Source of the DNA: an uncultured Ruficoccus sp.
Lineage (GTDB): Bacteria; Verrucomicrobiota; Verrucomicrobiia; Opitutales; Cerasicoccaceae
Assembly: GCA_965140785.1 (NCBI GenBank)
Contig: OZ223510.1
Coordinates: 1 to 64,000 of the forward strand
Direction: 5' to 3'
DNA: 64,000 nt
Shown here: in pieces, positions 1 to 13,600 of the stretch
Numbering within the stretch: the first letter of the stretch is position 1
Layout of the letters: every line of letters starts with the position of its first letter
Translations under genes and position numbers: made by a program
The notes under the pieces: model-generated
Told to the model about the DNA's origin: nothing
What the model saw: only the letters and a program-made list of their open reading frames with translations
Database searches by the model: none

Positions 1-2416
<2,416 letters not shown>

Positions 2417-2516
2417 TTAGATAAACGGCGCTCTCAAAGCGAACAAAAAGTTGGGGGCAGTCCGCAAGGGCCTGTAGTGGAGGGCGATCCGGGGGCGAAA
2501 ATCTCGCAGAAGGCGG

Positions 2517-3346
2517 CTAGGCCGTGTCCTGCGGCTCGCGCATGCGCACCTCGTAGGGGGGGACTGCCAGTGGGATGCCCTCGGCTCGGAAAGCGGCGTC
2601 GATGGCTCCGTTTACGGAGTAGCGGAGCCTGTGGTAGCGCTGTGTCGGCAGCCAGTAGCGATAGCCGAGCCGGATCGTGCCATCCCGGAATTCGTCGATG
2701 CCGACCATGGGGGCCGGTTCATCGGTCACATCCTCAATACCGCCAATGGCCTCGGCCAGAACTTGGCAGGCCCGCTGGGCGTTCGCGGTGGCGGGGATGC
2801 TCAGGGTCGCCTCGACGATGCGGCGGGTTTGGGAGTTGGTGAAAATTTCCCCATGATGAGCTTGTTGGGGATGGTGATGACCTCGCTGTCCTCGGTGATG
2901 AGTTGGGTATAGCCGAGGGTGACCTCGTGCACGACCCCGTACTGGCCCTGCACGAAAATCGTGTCGTGCACGACGAAGGGCCGCGTCAGGATAATAGCCA
3001 GTCCGGAACCGTAGTTGGCGATCGGTCCCTGAATGGCCAGGGTGGCCCCGAAGGCCATCGCGCCGAGGGTGGCGATGAGCGGGGCGATGTCGTAAAATTT
3101 CGCCACCGCGAAGATGATCACGATCCCCAGGATGAACATCCGGGCGCTGCCGGCGAAAAAGCGCGACAGGGTCGGGTCAAGGTTGCGCTTCTCAAAGCGT
3201 TTCAGCAGGAAGCCCTTCAGCCAGCCCGACAGGAGCCACCCAATGCCCAGGATGATGAACGCGCTGATGATCTTCGAGCCGTTTTCGACCAGAAACTGAA
3301 TGACAAACTCGGTGTGTTGCTCGAGTTGCTGAATCTCTTCTTCCAT
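2517..3346 (-). CDS. Small-conductance mechanosensitive channel (MscS family), apparent 1-nt frameshift
   Basis: ORF 2801..3346 (TM helices, LAIQGPIANYGSGLAIILTRPF, ITIPN) joins ORF 2517..2729 (AFRAEGIPLAVP) if one G is added to the C4 run at 2849-2852, giving LIMGEIFTNSQTRR. Confidence 0.85.
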
Positions 3347-3477
3347 AGCAGAGTAGGGGAGTCTCTTTTGTGGCTGATGCGTGAGCGTTTGCCAAGCTTT
3401 TAGCAGAGCCTGAGATCGCTCCGGGCTTTCCTGTCTTGCCTTTGTTAGGTAATCAGCTCAAGAATACGGCTTTACCT

Positions 3478-3889
3478 GTGAAATTATCCCTGAAAATCGA
3501 ATACTCGTGCCGCGTGCTGGCGCAACTGGCCCGCTCCTATGGGAACCAGCAACTCGCTCATATCGAGGAGCTTGCTGGAGCTGAAGACGTGCCGGCCAAC
3601 TACCTCGTCCAGATTCTCAACGAGCTGCGCAACGGAGGCTTGATCACGAGCCGACGCGGCAAGCAGGGGGGGCTACGCCCTCGCGCAGGCTCCGGGAGAA
3701 ATTTCCCTCTTCGACATCATCCGCATCGTCGATGCCGAGATGCTGGAGAACTCCGTCGCCGCCAACGGCCAGTCCGGCCAGGCTGTGCAGGCCGTCTGGG
3801 CCGAAATCGGCGACACCTTCGCTGAGCAAACCAAAAAAATCCGCCTCTCCGACATGGCCGCCGAATCCGGCCCCATGTATTATATCTAG
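3478..3889 (+). CDS. Rrf2-family transcriptional regulator, apparent 1-nt frameshift
   Basis: GTG start gives [17 protein letters not shown]...[25 protein letters not shown]. Removing one G from the G7 run at 3666-3672 continues [20 protein letters not shown]...MYYI to TAG at 3887-3889. No Fe-S cysteine triad. Confidence 0.88.
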
Positions 3890-3979
3890 CCCAGCTCGCG
3901 AGTCAGACGGACTTTTACCGTCTGCTGTCTTGCCATCGCTTACATTTTCCCCTCAGCTTGATCTTTCTCTACGCACCTC

Positions 3980-4065
<86 letters not shown>

Positions 4066-4224
4066 CATTTTTGCCGCTTCTTATGCTGAAACGGGCAAGT
4101 GCATGTCGGCTGAGGTTGCATTTCGATAAGGGATTTGGCGAAGGGGTTGGAGGTGCCGTGTCGAAGTTAATCGAAGGGGCGTGAGACAAACATTCGGCAG
4201 GCTTGGGCGGCGGTTCTCAATTGA

Positions 4225-4248
4225 ACTAAAATAGCCGGTGATTTTAGC
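4225..4248. promoter_or_regulatory. Locus-1 operator candidate ACTAAAAT-N8-ATTTTAGC
   Basis: Spaced inverted repeat upstream of the sulfatase; same motif and spacing at 10589, 14151 and 19812. Confidence 0.65.
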
Positions 4249-4347
4249 TTAAATTTCATTCGATGCGTTATGCTGAATATGTTGAAATGCTTCATCGAAA
4301 AAAAAGGGGCCGGGATGTCCCAAATCATCGTTCATAGCATCGAGATA

Positions 4348-5889
4348 ATGAAGCAGGAAACAAATCGGTTAAACGTGCTTATGATCCTCGCGGATCAGTT
4401 CAACGCAGGCTGGATGGGAACTGAGGGTCACCCGCAGGCGATAACGCCTCATCTGGACAAATTGTCCGCCGGGGGCATCACTTTCAGTAACGCCTATTGC
4501 CAGAATCCGATCTGTACGCCCAGCCGTGTTTCGATCGCCTCTAGCCAGTATTGCCATAATCATGGTTATTACGGGTTGAGTGGGAACGCCGAGGTCGGCC
4601 CACCAAATGCTTTCCGGCACTTTCGCCAGCACGGTTACCGAACGGCTGCCTACGGGAAACTGCACCTGCCCTGCGCGCCGAGCAACTGGATAGCCGGCGA
4701 TGTGGACGAGTTTGGCGATACCTATGAGACGGCCGACAATGTCCACGGGCAGAGCGAGTTTTTAAGCGGCCTGGAGCGGGACGGCCTGCGCGATCTGGAG
4801 GACAGTTGGCACAACTGGAAAGCCTATGGGGCCAGTGGGATTCCGATGGACGCGATGCCCTCGCTGCTGCCGCTGGAGAGGACCCAGGAAATGTGGTCTG
4901 CCAATAAGGCCATGAACTTTATGAGGCAGAGTGGGGAGCAGCCGTTTTTCATTCAGGTCTCCCTGCAAAAACCTCATCATCCCTTACTGCCCAACCCGCG
5001 TTTTTGGGACATGTACCCGGAGGATATCGAGTTGCCTCGGACTTGGAACCTTTTGCCCGGCGGGCGACCCCGGCACTTCAGCGATCAGTGGAAAACCTGC
5101 CGGGAAATGCAGCCCGAGTTCGGGGAGCCCGGGGAGGGGATCGAGGCTCTGTACCGTCGTTGCTGGCGCGGAACTCTTGCCTGCGTGACTCAGGTGGATT
5201 ATGTGGTCGGGCAGTTGATGGACTTTTTGGAGGTAAACGGTTTGCACGAGAACACGATCGTGGTCTTCGGCAGCGACCATGGGGCCTACCATGGTATCCA
5301 CGGTATTTTGGAAAAGGCTCCCGGCATCTGCTCGAACGAAGTGTGCCGGGTGCCGATGATCTGGCGCATCCCCGGGCTGACCGATGCTGGTAGGAGATGC
5401 GATGCCCTCGCGGAAAACATCGACATGGGGCCGACATTGGCCGAGCTGTGCGGCGTAGCGGAAATGCACTACGCCGACGGTAAGAGCCTCTGTCCTCTGA
5501 TTAAGCGGGAGCGAGCCTCCCTGCGTGAGGCCGCCGTGACCGAAAATGCCTGGAGCAAATCGATCCGCTGGGAGCGCTGGCGTCTGGTTTATTACCCGAC
5601 TGGGATGTTGGGGCCAGAGGCAACAGGTGAACTTTACGACCTTGAACGCGATCCCGACGAACAGCAAAATCTTTACGGGCATCACGACTACCAGGAGCAA
5701 GTCCGTGCCGGCATGATGCACCTGACGGATTGGCTGATTAAGACCACACGGGTGACAACTCCGCCGACGCTTGTCCAGACGGTGAAGAAGCTGGGCGAAT
5801 CTCGGGTGGTTTCTCTTGAGGGCGACGGACGGGCCGCCAATCCCTTTCAGCCTGGTTTTCGTGACGACCTGATGATCAATTATCTCTGA
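4348..5889 (+). CDS. Formylglycine-dependent sulfatase (no evident signal peptide)
   Basis: NVLMILADQ, PICTPSR (CxPxR), YGKLH, KPHHP, SDHG, ELYDLERDPDE. Start taken at MKQETN; the ORF track starts at 4270. Confidence 0.93.
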   Translation: MKQETNRLNVLMILADQFNAGWMGTEGHPQAITPHLDKLSAGGITFSNAYCQNPICTPSRVSIASSQYCHNHGYYGLSGNAEVGPPNAFRHFRQHGYRTAAYGKLHLPCAPSNWIAGDVDEFGDTYETADNVHGQSEFLSGLERDGLRDLEDSWHNWKAYGASGIPMDAMPSLLPLERTQEMWSANKAMNFMRQSGEQPFFIQVSLQKPHHPLLPNPRFWDMYPEDIELPRTWNLLPGGRPRHFSDQWKTCREMQPEFGEPGEGIEALYRRCWRGTLACVTQVDYVVGQLMDFLEVNGLHENTIVVFGSDHGAYHGIHGILEKAPGICSNEVCRVPMIWRIPGLTDAGRRCDALAENIDMGPTLAELCGVAEMHYADGKSLCPLIKRERASLREAAVTENAWSKSIRWERWRLVYYPTGMLGPEATGELYDLERDPDEQQNLYGHHDYQEQVRAGMMHLTDWLIKTTRVTTPPTLVQTVKKLGESRVVSLEGDGRAANPFQPGFRDDLMINYL

Positions 5890-5934
5890 GCGGGGGAACG
5901 TTCAAACCCTGCCCGCGCCGTTCAAGCGGCAAAG

Positions 5935-6209
5935 CTAGAGCATTTTCGTTTTAATCTGGCGCACTCGGCTGAGCTGATTTTAAGTTCTGGCAAGGCTCTT
6001 TCAAGGGACTTGGGCTGGAAGCCCTGGCCCTTTGAAAGGAACGCCGCCAGGCTTAAAATCAGCCAGTCCATTCGGATGGGGTCTGTCTTGCGGCTCGCGG
6101 CGTTGGCTGGGGGACTTACGGGCTTCCAGTCCGCTACGCCCCCAGCGCCTGCCGAGCCTTCAAGACATTTCCCCACTGAGTGCGACTGATTAAAGCGAAA
6201 GTGCTCTAG
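5935..6209. mobile_element. MITE-like palindromic element, 275 bp, CTAG ends
   Basis: Left end CTAGAGCATTTTCGTTTTAATC versus right-end reverse complement CTAGAGCACTTTCGCTTTAATC. Internal hairpins GCTGATTTTAAG/CTTAAAATCAGC and TTTCAAGGG/CCCTTTGAAA. Lies between convergent genes; no transposase. Confidence 0.75.
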
Positions 6210-6240
6210 TTGGCGCGGGGAACGGGCCACCTGCAGTCGT

Positions 6241-8217
6241 CTATTCCGATGGTCCGAGGTGCTTGTGGACGGTGCCGTCGTCGGCGGCGTCGCGTGAGGC
6301 GGATTTCAATTTGCGGATCATGATGAGGATATCGCGGATGCCGCCAATGACGAACCATATGACCGTGATGCTGGCGACCGTGGCGTACAGGTAGATGTTG
6401 GCCTTCCAGAAGCCCATCCAACCGTCATCGGAGATGCCTGTCGTCAAGCCCCAGACTGTGCCGATGATAAAGGCGACGAACCATCCCATCGTCCAGCAGA
6501 TGTTCAGGTAGTAGATGAGGCGGTCGCCCCGGGTATACTCCCGGTTGAAATTGAACATGCGGTGAAGCCAGTTGCGTGTATCCCTTACGATCTCCTTGTT
6601 CTTGGATTCATCGTCTTTGCAGTCGTCGCCTTGAAGCATTTCCTTGATCGGGAAGGGCTGCTTGCAAGTCAACAGGGAGACGACGACGTAGGAGGTGATG
6701 GAAGAGAGATAGGCGATCATGGCCAGAGAGGCGCCATTGAGCGGAAACTCCGGCCTGATCCGTATGAGGGCGGGCACACCCTCCCAAGTCTGTTGTAGGA
6801 TGATGCCGGTGAGGGCCACGACCCAGCCGACGGTCATCGCGGCCCAGGCACCCTGCGTTGTGCCCCGTTTCCAGTATAGTCCACCGATGATAACCGCGCC
6901 CGAACCGCCCAGGTAGATGGTGCCGGTGAGCAGAAAATACATCAGTAGGTAGTCCTTGAGAGGGAAGTACAGGCTCCAGAAAAAGGCGAATGCGGCCACG
7001 CCGAAAACGGAGAGCCGAAGCAGGCGGAGGTGGGCCTGGGGGGAGAGCGGTTTTTTACGAAAAGGCAGGATGACGTCCTGAATAAAGATGCTGCCCCAGG
7101 AGTGAATCTGTGTGTCGTCGGTGGATATGGCGGCCGCGATGATGGCTGCCCCGAACATGCCCAGTACGCCCACCGGGAGAATGGCCGAGAGCAGGATGGG
7201 CACGCGCATCTGCTCCTGCGCCTGTGGGTCACTGATGGCTCCGATGGCGTCATTTACACTGGCAACGAGGTCCGGGGTGCCGCCGCCGTTGAGCAGGACA
7301 TAAGCGCAGATCGGGGCGAAGAGCATCAGCATGTAGGTGATGCCGTTTCGCCACTCGGCCAGGACGCGCGCCATCTTTGCCTCGTGAGGGCTTTTGGCCG
7401 CGGCGTTGTAGCCTTGGTTGCCCTGCCAGCCGAGGCAGTTGTAGACCAGCTTGAAAGCGAAAATGAGAAAGAACCAGACAGTGAAATCCGTCAACTCGTG
7501 TTGGTCGAAGGGGTTGAGCATGGACTTGCCGGTGGGCGCGGTCTGCAGGACTGTGCCTATCTTTTCCCAAGAGATCGAGGTGATCAGAATGAAGAAGATG
7601 ACGAGAAAGCTCACATTGAGCAGAATGGACTGAAAGAAGTCGGTCACCATAACTGCAATCAACCCGCCGAACAGGGTGAAACACAGGGCGATGCTGAGCG
7701 TGACGCCCATTATCACGGGCTTGGTCTGCCAGATAAAGCCCAGGAACTCAAAGCTCTCGGGCAGGCCGCAGAAGTGGATGAGAAAGAGGGCCGTGATGCC
7801 CGGGAAAACCCCGTAGTTCAGGATGCCCGAGACCCAGGCGAGAATACCCGCATAGACACGAAATTTGCGACTGTAGCGCATTTCAAATAGCTGTGCCATC
7901 GTCATGGCCTGACTTTTGCGGTAGCGATATACGATCCAGCCCGACAGCGCGATGATCATGGCGATGGGAGCCATCATCATGCCCCACCAGGCTCCGCCGA
8001 AGCCGGCCTTGTAGAATTTCTCAAAGTTGGCCACCACGGCAATGGCCCCCAGCGCCGCCATTCCGTCGGCCAGCGTGAGCAGGTAGCGTCCGGCGCAGCG
8101 GTTGGCGGCCAGAAAGTCCGACACGCTGCGGGTCAGTGATTTCGCGTACACGGCGACGGCGAAAAGAAATACACCGAAGGCGAGAATGATGGTCCAGTCG
8201 ATGAGGCTGAAATTCAT
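6241..8217 (-). CDS. Sodium:solute symporter (SSS) family transporter
   Basis: 658 aa with many TM helices; IDWTII, DFLAANR, TMAQLFEMRYS, GGLIAVMVTDFFQ, AAAISTDD, GGLYWKRGTTQGA. Confidence 0.92.
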   Translation of the reverse strand: MNFSLIDWTIILAFGVFLFAVAVYAKSLTRSVSDFLAANRCAGRYLLTLADGMAALGAIAVVANFEKFYKAGFGGAWWGMMMAPIAMIIALSGWIVYRYRKSQAMTMAQLFEMRYSRKFRVYAGILAWVSGILNYGVFPGITALFLIHFCGLPESFEFLGFIWQTKPVIMGVTLSIALCFTLFGGLIAVMVTDFFQSILLNVSFLVIFFILITSISWEKIGTVLQTAPTGKSMLNPFDQHELTDFTVWFFLIFAFKLVYNCLGWQGNQGYNAAAKSPHEAKMARVLAEWRNGITYMLMLFAPICAYVLLNGGGTPDLVASVNDAIGAISDPQAQEQMRVPILLSAILPVGVLGMFGAAIIAAAISTDDTQIHSWGSIFIQDVILPFRKKPLSPQAHLRLLRLSVFGVAAFAFFWSLYFPLKDYLLMYFLLTGTIYLGGSGAVIIGGLYWKRGTTQGAWAAMTVGWVVALTGIILQQTWEGVPALIRIRPEFPLNGASLAMIAYLSSITSYVVVSLLTCKQPFPIKEMLQGDDCKDDESKNKEIVRDTRNWLHRMFNFNREYTRGDRLIYYLNICWTMGWFVAFIIGTVWGLTTGISDDGWMGFWKANIYLYATVASITVIWFVIGGIRDILIMIRKLKSASRDAADDGTVHKHLGPSE

Positions 8218-8363
8218 GGGATGTCAAAAAGTGCTAAGGGGTGACGATTACCCGGATATCCACAAGGCGATGAGCGCGGGACTCTCCGGTGCAGGCGACA
8301 GTGGTCAGGAAATAAACGGCGGGAGCAGCTATGACTTACTCCATACCTTGATAACTAAAAAAA

Positions 8364-9398
8364 CTAACAGTAGCGAAGCCGGAGGTTGAACGAAGCCTCC
8401 TGTGGGTCTTTGGGCCGGACGGCGACGACGAGTACGGGGGCCCCGTCGGGCTGGAAAAACAAGTTGGGGCGCTCGACTCGCTCAAAGTCCACGGTATGGC
8501 CGTTGATGTCCTTCAGGGTACGTCCAATGACAAAGAGGGGGTCGCTCGGGGTCCAGTCAGTGCCATTGTGGGACTGGAGCAGGAGGAGGCTGCTTTCGCG
8601 GGTGGGGGACAGGGTGCCCTGCATGTCTTTGACCAGGCAGTAATAGCAGTCACCTTCGCGCCACACATAGGGGTCTTCAAAGGCGAAAGGCGTATCGTCG
8701 AAATTGAAGATCGGGGCAGGTGTCTTGATGAACGGTCCCTCCGGACTGTCGGCCCAAGCCAGCCCATGCAGGACGCGTCCGCCAAAGGGAGAGGGGCCTT
8801 CGGCCACCCCTTTGTAAATCATCATGAAGCGTCCGTCAGGGGTATCCGTCACCGTGGGGTTCGAGACCATGAGGGCATCCCAGGCGCCGGGGGTGACGTC
8901 AAGAGCCGGAAGCTCCTGCCGGTGCCAGGGGCCGTTCGGGTGGTCGGCGATGGCGACGCCGATGCGCTGGTTGTTGCGGTGAGTCCACCACTCGCCGTTG
9001 CCGACATTGCCCATGTAGTACAGGTAGTACCGGTCGTTAAAGTGTTTGACGGCCACATTATGAAAGCAGTGGGCGTCCCATAGCTGGCTTCTCTCGTCGC
9101 GGGGCCAGAGTTGCTCGACGAAGGTGAAGGGACCGGAGGGAGAATCACCCACAGCGTGGGCGATTTCGGAGTGCGTGACCCAGGCATCGTAGCCTTCGGA
9201 GACCGGCCACCGGCTGTAGAAGAGGTGGTAGCGCTCCGCGTCGGGGTCTTTGAGGAGGGAGCCACACCACACATGCCAGCCGTCCTCGCGGAAACATTCT
9301 TCAGGTTTGAAAGGTTGGGGCCCTTGTTTAAGTAAATGAGCGAACTGCGATCCTGTGGGCCGGGCTGCAGTTTGTGTAGCTAGTTTTTCTTGTGGCAT
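8364..9398 (-). CDS. Five-bladed beta-propeller glycoside hydrolase (GH43/GH117-like clan), cytoplasmic
   Basis: WCGS...YHLFYSRWP, HSEIAHAVGDSPSGPF, NQRIGVAIADHPNGPW, SNPTV, AFEDPYVW, ERPNL; no signal peptide. Confidence 0.78.
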   Translation of the reverse strand: MPQEKLATQTAARPTGSQFAHLLKQGPQPFKPEECFREDGWHVWCGSLLKDPDAERYHLFYSRWPVSEGYDAWVTHSEIAHAVGDSPSGPFTFVEQLWPRDERSQLWDAHCFHNVAVKHFNDRYYLYYMGNVGNGEWWTHRNNQRIGVAIADHPNGPWHRQELPALDVTPGAWDALMVSNPTVTDTPDGRFMMIYKGVAEGPSPFGGRVLHGLAWADSPEGPFIKTPAPIFNFDDTPFAFEDPYVWREGDCYYCLVKDMQGTLSPTRESSLLLLQSHNGTDWTPSDPLFVIGRTLKDINGHTVDFERVERPNLFFQPDGAPVLVVAVRPKDPQEASFNLRLRYC

Positions 9399-9438
9399 GT
9401 CTTAATGGAGCCAGTGGACGATAGATAAAATCAGGCAG

Positions 9439-10449
9439 TCAGCATTTCGCTTCGGAGACGGTGCCGCGGTCCTCGTATTGCACGGGCAGCACGACCATGG
9501 CGGGACCGGTGGAGTGTCCTTCAGCTTTCTGGATCAAACGAAGGACGCCTTCTTGGCCCACTTGGCGCAAAGGGTAGAGGATGGTTGAAATCCGCGCCTC
9601 GGACTCGGGAAGATAGGGGTCCACACCGATGGCGATCAGGCTGATGTCTTCGGGGATCGACAGATTCGCTTCGGTCAGGGCACGCATGACGCCGAAAGGC
9701 TTTGAGTAACCGGAAAAGGCTGCGGTGAACTTCGTACCGGGGTTTTCGGCCAGGTACTTTTTGACGGCTTCATAACCTTCTTCGGAGGAGTCGCCTTCGC
9801 TTTTGACCATGATAATGTTTTTCTCGGTCATCCCGGTGTGCAGCATGGCCCGGTTGAGGTGAGAGGAGACGAACGGAGACTGCTCGTCCGAATAGGCAGA
9901 CTTTACGCAGAGAATCTTGCGGTGGTTCTTCTCCTTCAAAATGTTCAGCGCCACCTCAAAGCCCGCTTCGTAGTTGGGGATGACCGAATCCCAATTCGGA
10001 TCGACCGTACCGTTGACGATGACAACCGGCATTTTGAGCCTCTTGAGTTCCGCCAGAAGTTGGTGCGGCGGCGGGCCCAGGACAAGGACACCGTCGGCCT
10101 TGTTGCGGGTGAAAATGTCGCTTTCCTGCAGGCTGTCTTTGTTGTGCAGGCGCTTGATAATGGCGTGAAAGCCGCGCTCCTCCATCGTCTCCTCAATCCC
10201 GCGATAGATTTCAGAGAAATAGGGGTTTTCGAAACAGCTTCGCAGGTCCTCGAACGTCGCCACGATGATGGTCTTGCTCAGGCGTGTGCGTGGCTTGGGT
10301 TTGTAGCCGAGTTCTTCGGCTGCGTTTTTCACCTTGGTGCGGGTGCTGTCTGGGATGGAGATGTCCTGACGGTTATTCAGAACCATCGATACCGTGGAGA
10401 GGGAGAACCCGGTTTTTTTGGAGATGTCTTTGAGTTTGGGAGTGCTCAT
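9439..10449 (-). CDS. LacI-family transcriptional regulator (locus 1)
   Basis: LKDISKKTGFSLSTVSMVLN HTH, AEELGY, periplasmic-binding-type effector domain, IPEDISLI; divergent from the gene at 10685. Confidence 0.92.
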   Translation of the reverse strand: MSTPKLKDISKKTGFSLSTVSMVLNNRQDISIPDSTRTKVKNAAEELGYKPKPRTRLSKTIIVATFEDLRSCFENPYFSEIYRGIEETMEERGFHAIIKRLHNKDSLQESDIFTRNKADGVLVLGPPPHQLLAELKRLKMPVVIVNGTVDPNWDSVIPNYEAGFEVALNILKEKNHRKILCVKSAYSDEQSPFVSSHLNRAMLHTGMTEKNIIMVKSEGDSSEEGYEAVKKYLAENPGTKFTAAFSGYSKPFGVMRALTEANLSIPEDISLIAIGVDPYLPESEARISTILYPLRQVGQEGVLRLIQKAEGHSTGPAMVVLPVQYEDRGTVSEAKC

Positions 10450-10588
10450 GATTCTCTTATAGATTGGTGTTAACTTAAATGCGGTCAAAGGCAGGGGGCT
10501 GTATCAGGGGAATACCTAAGTGCGGGATGGAGATGTAGCGGTGCGGCAACGGTGAAGGACGCGCTTGGAGATTCATTAGCTACGATTA

Positions 10589-10622
10589 ACTAAAAAGTTT
10601 TTAAATTTTATCAAATAAAAAA
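10589..10622. promoter_or_regulatory. Locus-1 operator candidate ACTAAAAA-N8-ATTTTATC plus AAATAAAAAA
   Basis: Shares ACTAAAA and the 16-bp TTTATCAAATAAAAAA, at identical spacing, with 14151-14184. Confidence 0.65.
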
Positions 10623-10684
10623 GTTGAAAATTTTACTTTCCATTGCAGTTATCTAATTACGCTTTTGCTGAACAATTGCTTAGT

Positions 10685-13600
10685 ATGTTTACCCGTAGTA
10701 TTTACCTCTTAGGAGTAGGCTTGGCGGCTTTGATCCCGCTGCAACAGTCCTGTTTTGCGGCCCAGGAAACCTTTCTGGTTGAGGCCGAGGATTTTGAATT
10801 TCTTGGGGATTGGATCCCGGGATGGAACGACGGACAGACTGTCCTCGGCGTGGTGAGCCATGAGCGGGCCCATCCGCAAGATGCGCTTACGGTGGTCGAA
10901 TTGCCCGAGGCGGGCGAGTACACTGTCTGGACCAGCTCGCGAGACTATGCCAATGACAAGCCGGGCAGCCGCCGCTATCAGGTTCAGGTCAATCAGACTC
11001 CCATGGAACACGAATCCGGAACGCACGGCGGAGAGGGCGTCGCTTGGGAGCGGGTGGGACAAGTGGAGCTGGAGAAGGGCGAGAACGTTCTTGCGATCCA
11101 TGATACGACTAACTTTTACGCGCGTTGTGATGCGGTCCTGTTGACCCGGGATTCCAGCTACGATCCCAATGACGATCTCCGCGTGCGCCGTTACCGCATC
11201 ATGCCCAAGCAAATGGGGGGCGGGTTGGGCGATGGTGCTGTTGTGCCAGCCGAGGCTGCCGTTGATGGGAGCTGGCAGGTTGCGGCCACGCTGGAAAACG
11301 ATACCAATCGTATTCGCTTTTTGCAGGGGCTCGACACCGCAGGAAAGCCAAGGGTCATTCGTCAGGTTGATCTTTGGACCGACAGCGGCTTCAGTGGCGA
11401 ACAGCTTAACGCCGTCGGCGAAATCCTGACCCTGATCGAGGCGGGCGAAGATCCCTTGATCTCATTTGGGCGCATCATCCCTTACTGGCGCGGTCGTGGA
11501 AGCGTACTGGAGATTGGGGGCAAGAGCTATGAAGTGGTTGGAGGGAAAAACTTCAGCGATCCTTTTCGTGCTGGCAAGGCCACTGCATTAGTCGCACGGG
11601 CTGTGACCGACGTGGCCGGGCAGAGTGTCACGCTTCTCTATGAGGGGCCGGACGGTACGGCAGTGACGGGGGTATGGCGCCTTCAGTCTGAGTCGAATAC
11701 GGCGGAGGTTACGCTATCTTATGTTCCGAAACAGGCCGGGTACTACAGTCTCGCGTTGTCGGCCTTTAATGCCCACGCCCGCGAGGCGGTGGCCAATGTG
11801 CAACTGCCACCCCTTTATCAGTTTCAGCGCCTGCCGGATGGTCCGACGTTGGTGACCAGTACGCTGACACCGATGCCGGCGGCGATCGTCGAGTATGCCG
11901 GCGAGTCCCCGTTGACGGCCTTTGTGGCCGGTGATCCCAATTCCTTTCCGCTCGAGTGGGGGACGGGCATGGACTCGGTGTATGGTTTCTCGCTGCTGAA
12001 TGCTGCGAGTGAGGTTCAGCCGACTATTTTCGCGCCGGTGTTGGGGACGGAGCGTTCTTACTTCGCAGCGGATGATGAGCTGTCGGTCAGCTTCGTGCTC
12101 GGGGCGGCTCCAACGGACTGGCAGGCCGTCTTTGAGTTGATTTCTGCTGAGTTGTACGCCTTCAGCGACTACCGTGAGCAGTACGTCGGTTCCTTGACGG
12201 ACGCGGTTTTTAACATCATCGAGCTGCTCGCTGACGATGATGCCGTGGGCTGGGACCCCACGCAGAAAGGCTTCTATGACATCGAGGGAGACCCGCACAT
12301 TAGCCCGGTCGTGGTTCAGGCTTCCCCGCTCGCCGTTCTCTCGGCCGCTGTTCTCACCGAAGACGAGGACCTGTATGTCGAGCGGGCTCTGCCCGGCATC
12401 GAGTACACGCTTTCGCGACTGGGCTTCCGCTATTCCGGCAAGCCCGGCTCGCCGCACTTTAACAAGGACAGCGACGAGCAGTTCGTTCCCTTCAGCCTGG
12501 AATTCAATACCGCCTATTACCAGGGGCTCGATGCTTTGTTGGCGGGCAAAAACCCATGGATAGCCGAGGCTGTTCTGCCCGAGGACGGGAAGCTGCGCCG
12601 CACAGCGGGCTACGCCGTGCCCTTGCCGACTTGGACACAGTACCTCGCTGCTGAGCGTCTCAAGCCCGGGCAGGGATATCTCGCCAAGGCCGTTGCCGGA
12701 GCTGATGCCTATATCGCGCGCAAGATTACCGCTCCACAGGAGGAGCCGATGGGCGTGCGCCATTTCTACAATGCGAATTTCTATCCCTACTGGTGGGACC
12801 TGCTCGATCTGTACGAGGTAACCGGGGACGAAAAATACCTCGAGGTGGCCGAGGATATGGCCTACCAAACGATGGCGGGGATCCGTATCTTTCCGGTCGT
12901 CCAGGACGAGAGTATGACCATCCATCCGGGGGGAGATTTCAAAGGTGACAGCGTGTTGCTCTGGAAAGGTCAGGAGAGATTTCGGCTGGGCTTCCCGACT
13001 CAGGCCGGTGATTTCCCTGAGCGCACAGTGTCTCAGGCTCAGGTCTCGCCTGTCGGGCTGGGACTGGAGCAGCCGACGACTCTCTTTGGCGCGGAAAAAC
13101 CGAACCGCCAGATCATGATGACCGCCTGGACGCCCAGCCTGCTGCGTCTGTATCAATATACAGGCAATGAACTGCTGGTGCCCTATGCTCGAAACGGAAT
13201 CATTGGCCGCTTCACCAACTATCCGGGCTACTACCTGGGAGGCTTCACCGATATCGCCCAGCAGCCGGATTACCCGTATGTGGGGCCGGATGTCACCTCG
13301 ATTTACTTTCACCATATTCCGCCGCACCTGGCGTTTGCGATGGATTTTCTGGTCACGGAGGCAGTCGAACGCTCCGGGGGTAATATCAGCTTCCCGTGGG
13401 CGCGACAGGAGGGCTTTGTGTGGTTCGATAACCGTGTTTACGGGATGGGCGAAGGAAGTATTTTCGGTGAAAAGGCCCGCCTCTTCCTCAATTCAAACAT
13501 CCTGGCCCTGAACAACCGGCAGGTGAATTACCTGACGGCGAAGTCTCCGGGCATGCTCTGGGTGATCCTGCTCAACGAGGATGCGGAAGCGGTGGACTGT

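Noticed and set aside
5922..6230. 102-aa minus-strand ORF
   Set aside because: Lies over the palindromic element; no transposase or other motif.
8354..9431. Locus-1 operator half-sites (ACTAAAAA near 8354, GATAAAAT near 9424)
   Set aside because: No partner half-site at 8-bp spacing; could be chance.
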